The notes beneath the pieces are model-generated. The model saw only the letters and a list, made by a program, of their open reading frames with translations. It did no database searches and was not told the DNA's origin. A DNA stretch of 64,000 nt from an uncultured Fibrobacterota bacterium (GTDB taxonomy: Bacteria; Fibrobacterota; Chitinivibrionia; Chitinivibrionales; FEN-1185). Position numbers and translations under genes: made by a program. Positions 29,193 through 37,814 of this stretch are shown here, one piece after another. The first letter of the stretch is position 1; each line of letters begins with the position of its first letter. The stretch is taken from NCBI GenBank assembly GCA_963753345.1, contig CAVWBU010000041.1, positions 160,001 to 224,000 on the forward strand. Direction: 5' to 3'.

Positions 29193-31643
29193 CTAATACG
29201 TGAGTCCGAACCCGTACGGGAACAGCGGCGCCCCGCCGCTTCCGGTAAAATCACCGTAGGGCTGGCCGCTCGGACCGTAGGGCGAACCGACCGGAGCATT
29301 GGCGTTTATGGGATTCTGCGCAAGGGTGGCGGGCCATGTGTGAGAGAGTTTGCCCGTCGGCTTCTCGCCGTTTACGGAAAAGAGAATATCGGCAATACCC
29401 TCGCCTTCGGGTCCGGGCAGCCAGGCAGCCACCCATGCGGGAACCTTTGCAATATCGGGCGTTATGATAAGGGGACGGCCAGAATAAAGCACCACAACAA
29501 CCGGTTTTCCCGACGCCACGCACTGGGTGATCAAGTCCTTATGTGCCTGAATAAGTGTGGAAGGCTGTGTTGGGATGTCGCCGCCGCCTTCGGCATACGG
29601 CACCTCGCCCACGCAGACCACGATAACATTGGCGGTTGCGGGAATATTTGTTGCGTCCGCCGAATAGGTGGCGGTCGGGCACACTGCCTGAATAGCTCCC
29701 CGCAGGGTTGTTCCGGTAGGAGGCGTCCTCTTCGGGTTATCGTCCCATCCGCTCGGCCAGTCCATGCACCAGCCGCCGCACTGCATGTACATGTCGTCGG
29801 CAAACTCTCCGACAATATGGACGCTGGCCGTCGTGCTGATGGGGAGCGGTTTTGTCCCGTTGAACACGGAATCCTTGAGCAGGACGATGGACCTTCGCAC
29901 GCATTCGCGCGCGACCGCCGTGTGTGCGGGACACTTGATAAGAGGGAGATACGCGCGATTGGAAAGTGAGTTCTGCATCAGGTTGAGGCGCAGCTTGACG
30001 CGCAGGATGCGCTTGCACGCATCGTCGAGGCGCCCTGCAGCAGCACCCTGCACGGCGGTGTTCACCCCGCCGGGGCCTGCATTGTCGGGTTCCATGATGT
30101 TGTCAAGGCCGTCGTTGAAGCTGCCCACGATGTCTCCGCCGGATGCGTCCCAGTCGCCCACGACAAAGCCGTCGAATTTCCATGCGGTCTTGAGCGTGTC
30201 GGTAAGGAAGGGCTTGTTAAAATGCATGTAAACTCCCTGCCATTGGCACATGCCCGCCATGGTAGTTGCAAGGCCGTTTTGAATGGCGACCTTGAACGGC
30301 GGCAGGTGGATGCTGCACAAAATGTTTTCGGCATTCGCGCCCGAGGCCGTTGCGCAGTTGCCGGCATTGACGCCGCCCACCGCGCCGCCGCCTCCCGCAA
30401 AATGCTTGGCGGTTGCGGCCACCACGCAGGGTGCGGAAAGATCGGTGCCCTGGAAACCGCGAATCGCGCCCTTTACCATGGGAACCGTGCCGTCGGGAGA
30501 TTCATCCCAACCCTCGTAGTAACGTCCCCAGACAATGTTTCGCGGAACATCCACCACCGGCGCAAACGCCCAGTTGATTCCCATGCCGCGCAGCTCGATC
30601 GCGGTGATCCTTTCTTCCATTTCGGAAAGAAGCGGGTTGCGCGTGCATCCCATGCCGATATTATGGGGGAACATGGTGCCGGTCGGCGGAGAAATGAATC
30701 CGTGCACCGCATCAATGCCAACCATCTTCGGGGTGCCCTGGGATGCTATGGTGCCGGTTTGCCAGCTGTCCGACAGGTTGGCATTGTCCAGACACCCGGG
30801 ACCGCCGTTGCCGACGCCGTAGAATACGGTTCCCCAGGTGTTGGCAGTGTTGTACTGAATGCCCTGTGTTACCTGATTGGCTTTCCATTGAACGGTTTTG
30901 CCGTTCATTATCGAATCGATCTCACCTTCAATATCACGAGTGGCAATGGCAATGTCTCCCACACTTCCGGTGTACGCGTCAATGGGCTTCAATGCGGCGA
31001 AATAGTTGGTCTTTCCGGCCCGAATCGTGTCGATGCTCGCCAGTTTTTTCGGCGCCGGAGTATTCCACGTATTGTGGTCAATTGCGGTCATCGCGGTTCT
31101 GCCGAAGGTTCCTGAGTAAACGAGCGCCTTTGATTCGGCGGTGCGGCCGTTGGACACGCGCACCACGCAGGTCTGGTGCGCAACGCCCTGCTTCACGAGC
31201 GAAAACGGACTGAGCTGGTAGCTGCCTTTTGTCAATTGCCCGCTGAAGACCGTCTGGATCCTGCGGCCGTCGAGCGAAAAGAGGTCGACCGAGATCTTCT
31301 GCAGCTCCGGAACGTGAAACCGGATCATGTCGCCCTGGGCGGCGAGATCAAACGAGGAGCCGAGGATGGCGCTGCCGGCCTTCGGTCCGTTGATGACGCC
31401 CTGGGCGCAGTTGTACATTTGAAGATTCTTGACGTCCCAGTCGGTCGGCGCGATAAGATAGAAGGTGCCGTCGGTGCACGTGTATGCATAGACCAGCCTG
31501 TTGTTGATGTTCGTGTACATCACCATGGCATCGCCCACGGGATTGCCCGCACCGTCAACCACTCTGCCGGTCACCGCGGCGAAAAGCATTTGTGACGGAA
31601 ACAACACCCCTGCGAGAAACAGGAAGCAAAGACGCCTTACCAT
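29193..31643 (-). CDS. Secreted GH3 beta-glucosidase, paralog of 11867-14206
   Basis: DAVHG, FPHNIGMG, WGRYYE, KHFAG, FVVGDW, QCGGW, GEVPYAEG, LFPYGFGL. Confidence 0.95.
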   Translation of the reverse strand: MVRRLCFLFLAGVLFPSQMLFAAVTGRVVDGAGNPVGDAMVMYTNINNRLVYAYTCTDGTFYLIAPTDWDVKNLQMYNCAQGVINGPKAGSAILGSSFDLAAQGDMIRFHVPELQKISVDLFSLDGRRIQTVFSGQLTKGSYQLSPFSLVKQGVAHQTCVVRVSNGRTAESKALVYSGTFGRTAMTAIDHNTWNTPAPKKLASIDTIRAGKTNYFAALKPIDAYTGSVGDIAIATRDIEGEIDSIMNGKTVQWKANQVTQGIQYNTANTWGTVFYGVGNGGPGCLDNANLSDSWQTGTIASQGTPKMVGIDAVHGFISPPTGTMFPHNIGMGCTRNPLLSEMEERITAIELRGMGINWAFAPVVDVPRNIVWGRYYEGWDESPDGTVPMVKGAIRGFQGTDLSAPCVVAATAKHFAGGGGAVGGVNAGNCATASGANAENILCSIHLPPFKVAIQNGLATTMAGMCQWQGVYMHFNKPFLTDTLKTAWKFDGFVVGDWDASGGDIVGSFNDGLDNIMEPDNAGPGGVNTAVQGAAAGRLDDACKRILRVKLRLNLMQNSLSNRAYLPLIKCPAHTAVARECVRRSIVLLKDSVFNGTKPLPISTTASVHIVGEFADDMYMQCGGWCMDWPSGWDDNPKRTPPTGTTLRGAIQAVCPTATYSADATNIPATANVIVVCVGEVPYAEGGGDIPTQPSTLIQAHKDLITQCVASGKPVVVVLYSGRPLIITPDIAKVPAWVAAWLPGPEGEGIADILFSVNGEKPTGKLSHTWPATLAQNPINANAPVGSPYGPSGQPYGDFTGSGGAPLFPYGFGLTY

Positions 31644-31839
31644 ACTTCCCCCTGCCTGTTGAAGTGAGAAAGAAAAATCAAATTGTCCTCTGTCTCAGCG
31701 GATTTATGTAGTTAAAATATGAGAAGGGAGCGGGTTCGTCCATATAATATAAGGAAAAAAAAAGGTTTTGCTGTGCTTATGTTCGTGGCCGGCGCTTTGT
31801 CCGCCGCACAAATTTATCACCTTGATCCGAGGCTTGTTT

Positions 31840-31916
31840 CTTGCATTGTTACCATCAACGTCGAACAGAGGGGCGATCTTGCGAAGGTCGGAGATTTTGA
31901 CGAAGCGGCCGCACAT
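31840..31916 (-). pseudogene. SRAP/YedK N-terminal remnant
   Basis: Starts MCGRF...LRKIAPLFDV, the typical SRAP N-terminus; similarity is lost after about 22 aa and the ORF stops at 70 aa. Confidence 0.65.
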
Positions 31917-32004
31917 GGGGAGAAACTTTTCTCACGCATCAATTGATGGATGATTGAGTAGTCAGATTCATCGCTGAACAATCTTTTCATTTCCTTACGA
32001 AACA

Positions 32005-32433
32005 CTACGCGGGCATTGAATTCATGCAAACAAATTTCATCTTTCCCAGATTATACTTAACAACATCTCCCTCACTCGTCGTTAATGAGATTTCGAAAAG
32101 AATTATTCCAGAAGTTCGCGGTATGGAAAAATTCTGTACAGAAATTACCAAGTCCACGTACTTAATATCATTATTGCTCTTTAGCCTTCCTTTGCAAACG
32201 ACTTTGGAACCTTCATTCTGATCGAAAGATGCAGTGAAAATGAAATCCTCAGGCACAGCTTCCTTCTCATCATCCTTCAGGAACCGAATGAAGAAAGCCA
32301 ACGGCAGGCTTACGGCCAAATTAGTGTCCGCAGGTACCACAATAATCGAGTCGCTGTAAACACCCACCAAAATATGCTTGTTGGTTCTCTCCTGTCTTAC
32401 TGTATCACAAACGATGAAGTTATTTAGTTTCAT
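32005..32433 (-). CDS. Hypothetical beta-rich protein, DUF6941-like
   Basis: IVCDTVRQERTNKHILVGVY (CDxVRxE..xKxxLxGxY); ATGA overlap with the upstream antitoxin. Confidence 0.7.
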   Translation of the reverse strand: MKLNNFIVCDTVRQERTNKHILVGVYSDSIIVVPADTNLAVSLPLAFFIRFLKDDEKEAVPEDFIFTASFDQNEGSKVVCKGRLKSNNDIKYVDLVISVQNFSIPRTSGIILFEISLTTSEGDVVKYNLGKMKFVCMNSMPA

Positions 32434-33038
32434 GCTTCCACCCTTTGCTCTAGTGCACCTGCAATTGCAGTTGTTGTCATAGTTGCACCCACTATACAAC
32501 AACAGTCAATGTGCTCGTCCGTTCTTGTCGCTCGAACAAAAACACCCTTTCTTTGAGGGTCTTCTTCGTTAGCCTTTCTCAAACGATCAAATTCATTGAG
32601 AGCAGCATTTACGATAGCACCCCTCGCGTATACAACATCAAAATCATTATCTCCAACCTCGATCAGCCATGGCATTAATCTGATAAACTTGAAAAGCGTT
32701 TTCCCAGCCGCACTCGGCAAGTTTCCCGCGCTCCACCTTGAAATCGTTCTGACAGGCAAATCCAGCGCTCTCTCCATTTGTGCCAGGGAATAGCCCTTCT
32801 TGAGCAATTCGGATATCGTTACACCAAATGATTTCCCTTCGTATGCCCTGATGGCTTTATCTGATTCCTCCTCGTTCGTGATATCATTATCCTCACCGCA
32901 ATTTTTGCACCTGCAAATCTTCTGATCGTACGCTATCTCTTCGCCAAAAGAGCCTTTTAGTGTCACCCTCTTGGTCACAACTTCAGTATCTTCAGAGTCA
33001 CAAAAAATGCACTTTACCTTCTTGGCAATATTTTCCAT
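32430..33038 (-). CDS. MqsA-like antitoxin: zinc ribbon + XRE HTH + C-terminal extension
   Basis: CIFC...CKNC; YSLAQMERALDLPVRTISRW; then PWL and about 75 further aa. Confidence 0.8.
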   Translation of the reverse strand: MENIAKKVKCIFCDSEDTEVVTKRVTLKGSFGEEIAYDQKICRCKNCGEDNDITNEEESDKAIRAYEGKSFGVTISELLKKGYSLAQMERALDLPVRTISRWSAGNLPSAAGKTLFKFIRLMPWLIEVGDNDFDVVYARGAIVNAALNEFDRLRKANEEDPQRKGVFVRATRTDEHIDCCCIVGATMTTTAIAGALEQRVEA

Positions 33039-33042
33039 TGAA

Positions 33043-33451
33043 TCACCCCGTTTTGAAGTTTTTCGGCAATCCCAATTCCTTCAGTGTCCTTAGCATCGGA
33101 GGAGATTTCGATGGATCTCCTAGCTGTAAGTCATTTTCCTTGAACGACTTTACTTTCCAAATTCCCCTGCGTTGAAAAAATGCAAGATACCCTGTCTTCC
33201 CGCCAAGCTCAAAATAGTAGACATCGATCGGAACCTTAAATATTCGATGCTCCACCTGCTTTTCGTGCCGAAGATTCCTCAATTCGTCATTTCCAATGCT
33301 TCTCTTTATATCTGCTTTCGTTTTTATTTTGGGGTAAAACTCGTTCGCCTCTTTTACCACAGTCACCAACGACCACCATATCCGGCGCCGACAGGCAGGC
33401 TGCTTTCAACTCCTCGTAGCAATACGCCCTGTCAGGATTCGCCTGCGACAT
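33043..33451 (-). CDS. MqsR/RelE-like toxin; apparent frameshift near 33370
   Basis: Upstream frame MSQANPDRAYCYEELKAAC...DMVVV joins ORF 33043-33369 (...GYLAFF...WKVKSFKEND) if one base is removed; lies directly upstream of the antitoxin. Confidence 0.65.
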
Positions 33452-33603
33452 TTCTAAATACTCGCGCCAAGGCTAAATATTGTATTATTATACTACGTGA
33501 AAGTCCATATGTTTATACAATATAATACATATGCTTTATCCGATAGCAGGGTATTTGTAGAGCACTTCTGTTACCTGGAACATTCTATCTGCGAGCGTTA
33601 TCT

Positions 33604-33960
33604 TCACACAAAAACTCCCGCATTCACCTTGAATATCCCGGCAAACCTCTTCGCGTTCTTCCTGCTTATCGCCCGCTGCCCTGTTTCCAGGTCGGACAAA
33701 TAATTCACGCGAACGCCGATTTTCTCCGCAAGGTCTTTTTGCGTGATGCCGTGCGCTTCCCGGAAGTTGCGCAGGTAATCGCCCGGCTTCATGCCTGCGG
33801 CGATTTCCTTGTGCAAATCGGTCTCGAACCAGTCCTCGTATTCGTCGCTCGAATCTATGATATACTCGGAAAACTGCCTTTTTACGGAACGAATTATCCT
33901 TGCGGGAGTCCGGGGCCTTAACCGGATATTAATAGGGTGCATCCTCACGGCTACCGACAT
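33604..33960 (-). CDS. XRE-family HTH antitoxin (HigA-like)
   Basis: LRNFREAHGITQKDLAEKIGVRVNYLSDLETGQRAIS; downstream of and overlapping the toxin. Confidence 0.88.
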   Translation of the reverse strand: MSVAVRMHPINIRLRPRTPARIIRSVKRQFSEYIIDSSDEYEDWFETDLHKEIAAGMKPGDYLRNFREAHGITQKDLAEKIGVRVNYLSDLETGQRAISRKNAKRFAGIFKVNAGVFV

Positions 33961-34198
33961 AGTACACCTCAATGGTTATGGTTTTCTTTTCGTGCCGCCA
34001 GCAGGCGGCGTAATGATAGGTCAGGTGACAATGATATTCGTTTTCACTTAATTTTCCGTAATTCGGCCATCCATGCGGCCCTGTTGGACCTCCATCGCGG
34101 AGCGCCACCGCAAGGGCTTCGAACCGTTGCCGTACGTTCAACGGCAATTTCCAAAGCTGCTTCTTTATCGCCTTTTTCAAAACAACCGTATAGACCAT
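33929..34198 (-). CDS. RelE/HigB-like toxin
   Basis: 89 aa: YTVVLKKAIKKQLWKLP...WPNYGKL...YHCHL...IEVYYVGSREDAPY. Confidence 0.85.
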   Translation of the reverse strand: MVYTVVLKKAIKKQLWKLPLNVRQRFEALAVALRDGGPTGPHGWPNYGKLSENEYHCHLTYHYAACWRHEKKTITIEVYYVGSREDAPY

Positions 34199-34203
34199 GA
34201 CAA

Positions 34204-34232
34204 AATATACCCTTTTTTGGGGTGACCAGCAA
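34204..34232 (-). promoter_or_regulatory. Promoter of the TA operon (probably leaderless)
   Basis: TTGCTG-17bp-TATATT ends 5 nt before the ATG. Confidence 0.6.
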
Positions 34233-34351
34233 CAATTATTTTCTTCAGCAGTCGCCGGTGCACATGGAAACAAGCTGCACAACGTTTGAAGGCATATTAT
34301 TTGTCAAACAGCATCTAATGCTCCACGCTGTTTCCTGTATCCTGTGCCCTT

Positions 34352-34825
34352 CTATTGAGCCGTCAACTTCTTCTTTGCCGCATCTCCCGGCGACCAAAAC
34401 CATCCCTTCGGGTCCCAGCAGCGGCCGTATTTGAGTTCCGCAGCCCCCTTGAACGCTTCCTGAGACATTGTCTTGTATTTCATGGCTTTTGACGTTTCGT
34501 AAAGATGTTCCGCGGATTCCCCTTTTATCCAATATGCCGTTGCGACGTCGTTGAGAAGACCTCTTGAGAAAATCAGATTTTTCTGCGCTTCATCCTCAAC
34601 CTTGCCGGCTGGCGGAACCGGGATGTTGTCCTTTTCCAGCTTTGCCTGCTGGTCCCGCGCAAGGGCGCCGAATTTTTTTATGCAGGTGTCGCAATACCCT
34701 ATCGCGCTCCTGTAATCCTTCTTGCCGAACGCGGACCAGGCGTTTTTAAGACAACCTTCCTCGGAAAAAGAGAAGAAACAGCTGGAGGATGAAAGCAGGA
34801 GAAGAAAGGCGAATGCAAGACGCAT
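34352..34825 (-). CDS. Hypothetical TPR-like secreted/lipoprotein
   Basis: AGGAGG RBS; MRLAFAFLLLLSSSSC; LNDVATAYWIKG...WDPKGWFWSP. Confidence 0.75.
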   Translation of the reverse strand: MRLAFAFLLLLSSSSCFFSFSEEGCLKNAWSAFGKKDYRSAIGYCDTCIKKFGALARDQQAKLEKDNIPVPPAGKVEDEAQKNLIFSRGLLNDVATAYWIKGESAEHLYETSKAMKYKTMSQEAFKGAAELKYGRCWDPKGWFWSPGDAAKKKLTAQ

Positions 34826-34959
34826 GATTGACCTCCTTGGAAAACGATAAAAGCATTCTTGGCTTGATTTCCGAGTATAATCACAAAATAGATTTAGCTG
34901 AAGCAATGGTACGCGGGAATACCTATATTTTTCCGGGAAAGCATTAAATCAATACTTTC

Positions 34960-35086
34960 GGTGGAGCCCGCCGACAGGAGTCGGCGGCACCAAAAATTTC
35001 CTTCGGCTCCGGGAGCCGAATGCTACTTGTGCGACATCCCGAAGCAGAAGGCGCATTCATCCCCGACAAAATCGGGGGCCTTCTGC
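34960..35086. repeat. Multi-hairpin element upstream of dcd (PATE-like or structured leader)
   Basis: Three hairpins: CCGCCGAC/GTCGGCGG, TTCGGCTC/GAGCCGAA, GCAGAAGG..CCCCGA/TCGGGG..CCTTCTGC. Confidence 0.5.
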
Positions 35087-35108
35087 ATAGTGGGTAAAAT
35101 GGTGACGC

Positions 35109-35612
35109 ATGATCCTGACGAAAAACGAGATACTGAAACAAATAAGGGCTGGTGAGCTGAAGATAACTCCCTTTGATCCAAGGTCTGTCGGCCCTGCATC
35201 CATTGACCTGTCTCTGGATAAACACATCCGGGTATTTGACGAACAGAACGTGTCGATAATTGATGAATTGATCAATTACAAATCAATCACAAGGGTGGTT
35301 AACATTGCCAGGGGATATATTCTCAAGCCGGGGGTACTGGTGCTTGGAATAACCAAAGAGACAGTGACGCTGCCGGGCAATGTCTGCGGCTGGATAAACT
35401 CCCGATCACGGTTTGCTCGAATCGGCTTGATGAGCCATATTGCCGCCCCATTCATCAGCCCGGGAGTTTCCAACAAACAAGTCCTGGAAATATTCAATGC
35501 GGGCAACCACCCGATCAATCTGGTTCCAGGGGTAAAAATCTGTCATTTGGTGCTGCAGGAATGCAAAGGCTCTGCAATTTATAAGGGAAAGTTCATGAAG
35601 CAAACCCTTTAA
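35109..35612 (+). CDS. dcd: dCTP deaminase
   Basis: PASIDLSL, SRSRFARIGL, LEIFN, KICHL. Confidence 0.9.
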   Translation: MILTKNEILKQIRAGELKITPFDPRSVGPASIDLSLDKHIRVFDEQNVSIIDELINYKSITRVVNIARGYILKPGVLVLGITKETVTLPGNVCGWINSRSRFARIGLMSHIAAPFISPGVSNKQVLEIFNAGNHPINLVPGVKICHLVLQECKGSAIYKGKFMKQTL

Positions 35613-35723
35613 ATTGAATCCAAGAGCAAGTGCCCTGACGATTTTCCCTTGAAAACAACCACTTTTTTGTGACTATATCCCCTCTATTTCCGTATATTAT
35701 TAAATACAAACAAAGGACAGGGT

Positions 35724-36419
35724 ATGAAAAATAAAATGTGGTATGTGGTGATGGGGTTGAGCCTCCTCATTATGCTCTCCGCAAATGATGCATCTGCCAG
35801 AAATTCATCTACTGCCCAGAATGCATCTGTTCGGAGTTCCTCAAGCGGATCTCAAAGTGGCGCCAGGGCCGCTGTTCGGGGAGGTTCTTCCAGTGCCGGA
35901 TATCGAGGAGGTCTTGCCAAAGCCGCAGCCACGGGAACTACCTCTGGCGGAAGTGGGTATCGAGGAGGAGGGAACCATTACTATTCCGGTTCCTATCACA
36001 GGCATTATCATGGCTACTACGGATGGGGATCATATTGGCCCTATTGGTCTACGGGTGATTATCTTGCCTACATTCCCGACTACTACACCACAGTTTATGT
36101 TGACGGGACTCCATATTATTATTGCGATGGATCCTACTTCATGCCCTATTCGAATGGCTATATGGTTGTACCTCCGCCTACGGCGGCAGTATCTGAGGAC
36201 CAGGAAGCGCCAGCACAGGCTCCTCCAGAGGAAAAACCGGTTGCAGCACAACCGAAATCGGCCTCAAACGACACAACAACAGTTGGTGTCCCAAATTCAA
36301 AGGGAGGATTTACACCGGTGCGGCTGGTGAAACACAAGAATGGATATATAGGGCCTCAGGGAGAGTTTTACACCGGCCATCCGACAGTAGCTGCGCTCAA
36401 GGCATTGTACGGGGATTGA
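35724..36419 (+). CDS. Secreted Gly/Tyr/His-rich protein (DUF6515-like)
   Basis: Signal peptide; VYVDGTPYYYCDGSYF...GYMVVPPP; C-terminal PNSKGGFTPV...GPQGEFY. Confidence 0.8.
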   Translation: MKNKMWYVVMGLSLLIMLSANDASARNSSTAQNASVRSSSSGSQSGARAAVRGGSSSAGYRGGLAKAAATGTTSGGSGYRGGGNHYYSGSYHRHYHGYYGWGSYWPYWSTGDYLAYIPDYYTTVYVDGTPYYYCDGSYFMPYSNGYMVVPPPTAAVSEDQEAPAQAPPEEKPVAAQPKSASNDTTTVGVPNSKGGFTPVRLVKHKNGYIGPQGEFYTGHPTVAALKALYGD

Positions 36420-36448
36420 CAGCAGCTAATTCGGAGGGATAGCGACAG

Positions 36449-37027
36449 ATGCATGATCGGAACCAGGTACTGAAAAATCACCCGACAAAAAAGACAGGGC
36501 TCATTGCGCTGGCAACATGCCTTTTTGCCGCAATGTTTCTCTCGTGCATGATTCCCCCAGGGTTCCGTCATGTCCCTCTTGTCCCTCGCAGTTTTCCTGT
36601 ATTCCTCAAACCATTGTTGGTTGCGGGGGCTTTCGTTGCTCGCCTGCCACGGGGGTGTACCGTGGTTGTTGTGGGAAATGCTTCTTACTATTACCATGAC
36701 GGCACCTATTACCGGCCCGAATCATCGGGATATGCGGTCGTCCCTAATCCGACGGTAAACACTGCCCCAACACCGGCACCAGTACAATCCCAAATGACAT
36801 CCGAAGACACGGATACTGATGCCAAATCACTATCGACCACCAACGCACCCCAGACAACAACAGATCAATCGGCATCGGACACGACCGTGGTCAATATCCC
36901 GAACTCAAAAGGCGGGTTCACACCGGTGACGCTGATAAGACGGGGAGACGGATACGTAGGGCCTCAGGGAGAGTTTTACACCGGCCATCCGACAGTAGCT
37001 GCGCTTACAGCATTGTATGGGAATTGA
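36449..37027 (+). CDS. Lipoprotein paralog of the upstream gene (DUF6515-like)
   Basis: FLSC lipobox-like motif; LPRGCTVVVVGNASYYYHDGTYY; same C-terminal domain. Confidence 0.8.
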   Translation: MHDRNQVLKNHPTKKTGLIALATCLFAAMFLSCMIPPGFRHVPLVPRSFPVFLKPLLVAGAFVARLPRGCTVVVVGNASYYYHDGTYYRPESSGYAVVPNPTVNTAPTPAPVQSQMTSEDTDTDAKSLSTTNAPQTTTDQSASDTTVVNIPNSKGGFTPVTLIRRGDGYVGPQGEFYTGHPTVAALTALYGN

Positions 37028-37181
37028 TAGTATTGCCCGTGTTGCTGGAGATGAAGCTCATCTGCATTTGATCCCGGAAGTCAAGACCCGTTTTCAATCG
37101 CGGCAAATTCCTCCGGAATCCGCTCACGCCGCGTTATCTCGCTTGATTCAATTCATTCCATAACAGCTTCTTGCCACCATC

Positions 37182-37601
37182 CTACGATTTTGCCAGTTTG
37201 ACGGCAAATTCTTTTGCAGCGGATAATTCCTGATCGGTTGGATGCGTCCGGTTGAGTATCCACCACGATTTCCCCCGGCAAGAAAAGCATTCCTGCGCAA
37301 CCGGGACTCCCTGTTCCTTGAGCAATTGTTTCAGAATCGCATTTGCAATATCCTGTCCGCCAAAAGTGCTGAACACGGCTGCTTTCTTGATGGTCGATCC
37401 CTTGAGCGATTTGATGAATTTCTTCGTTTTCCTATGAACTGTTCCAGCGTAAACTCCATCGCCGATAAAAAGCAAATCCGTGCCTTCCACGGCAGGGAAG
37501 TTCCGTATAGGCGTTGCCACAGCTCCAACGGCCGTCGCAATCGCTTCGGCAACTTTCTTGGTGTTTCCCGTTGTCGTATGATAGATTACCTTGCAATTCA
37601 T
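37182..37601 (-). CDS. Flavodoxin-family protein
   Basis: IYHTTTGNTKKVAEAIA; AAVFSTFG. Confidence 0.9.
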   Translation of the reverse strand: MNCKVIYHTTTGNTKKVAEAIATAVGAVATPIRNFPAVEGTDLLFIGDGVYAGTVHRKTKKFIKSLKGSTIKKAAVFSTFGGQDIANAILKQLLKEQGVPVAQECFSCRGKSWWILNRTHPTDQELSAAKEFAVKLAKS

Positions 37602-37653
37602 GTAGCTACCTCCGGCTCACAAATATTGTATGCCAATTGTGTGAAAAGTAATG

Positions 37654-37690
37654 AAAAAAGGCCCGACATTTCTCTCTGTCAAGCCTTTTC
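37654..37690 (-). terminator. Probable terminator after tRNA-His
   Basis: AAAAGGC..GACA/TGTC..GCCTTTT hairpin. Confidence 0.55.
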
Positions 37691-37723
37691 CTTCGAAAAC
37701 CGCAGAATGAACGATTATTTTAT

Positions 37724-37801
37724 TGGGGTGGCTGACGGGGCTCGAACCCGCAACACCTGGAACCACAATCCAGGGCTCTAGCCTGTTGAACTACAGCCAC
37801 C
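37724..37801 (-). tRNA. tRNA-His (GTG)
   Basis: (G)GTGGCTG...CTGGATTGTGGTTCCAG...GGTTCGAGCC...CAGCCACCCCA; encoded G-1 and CCA. Confidence 0.97.
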
Positions 37802-37814
37802 ATGAGCCGATGTG

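Noticed and set aside
31817-32029. 70-aa ORF as a fourth gene or frameshifted tail of the DUF6941-like gene
   Set aside because: No RBS or motif, it overlaps the SRAP stub, and the upstream protein already looks complete.
34217-34226. TTGGGGTG as a possible att duplicate of the tRNA-His 3' end
   Set aside because: Only about 8 bp match, expected by chance; it lies in a promoter spacer.
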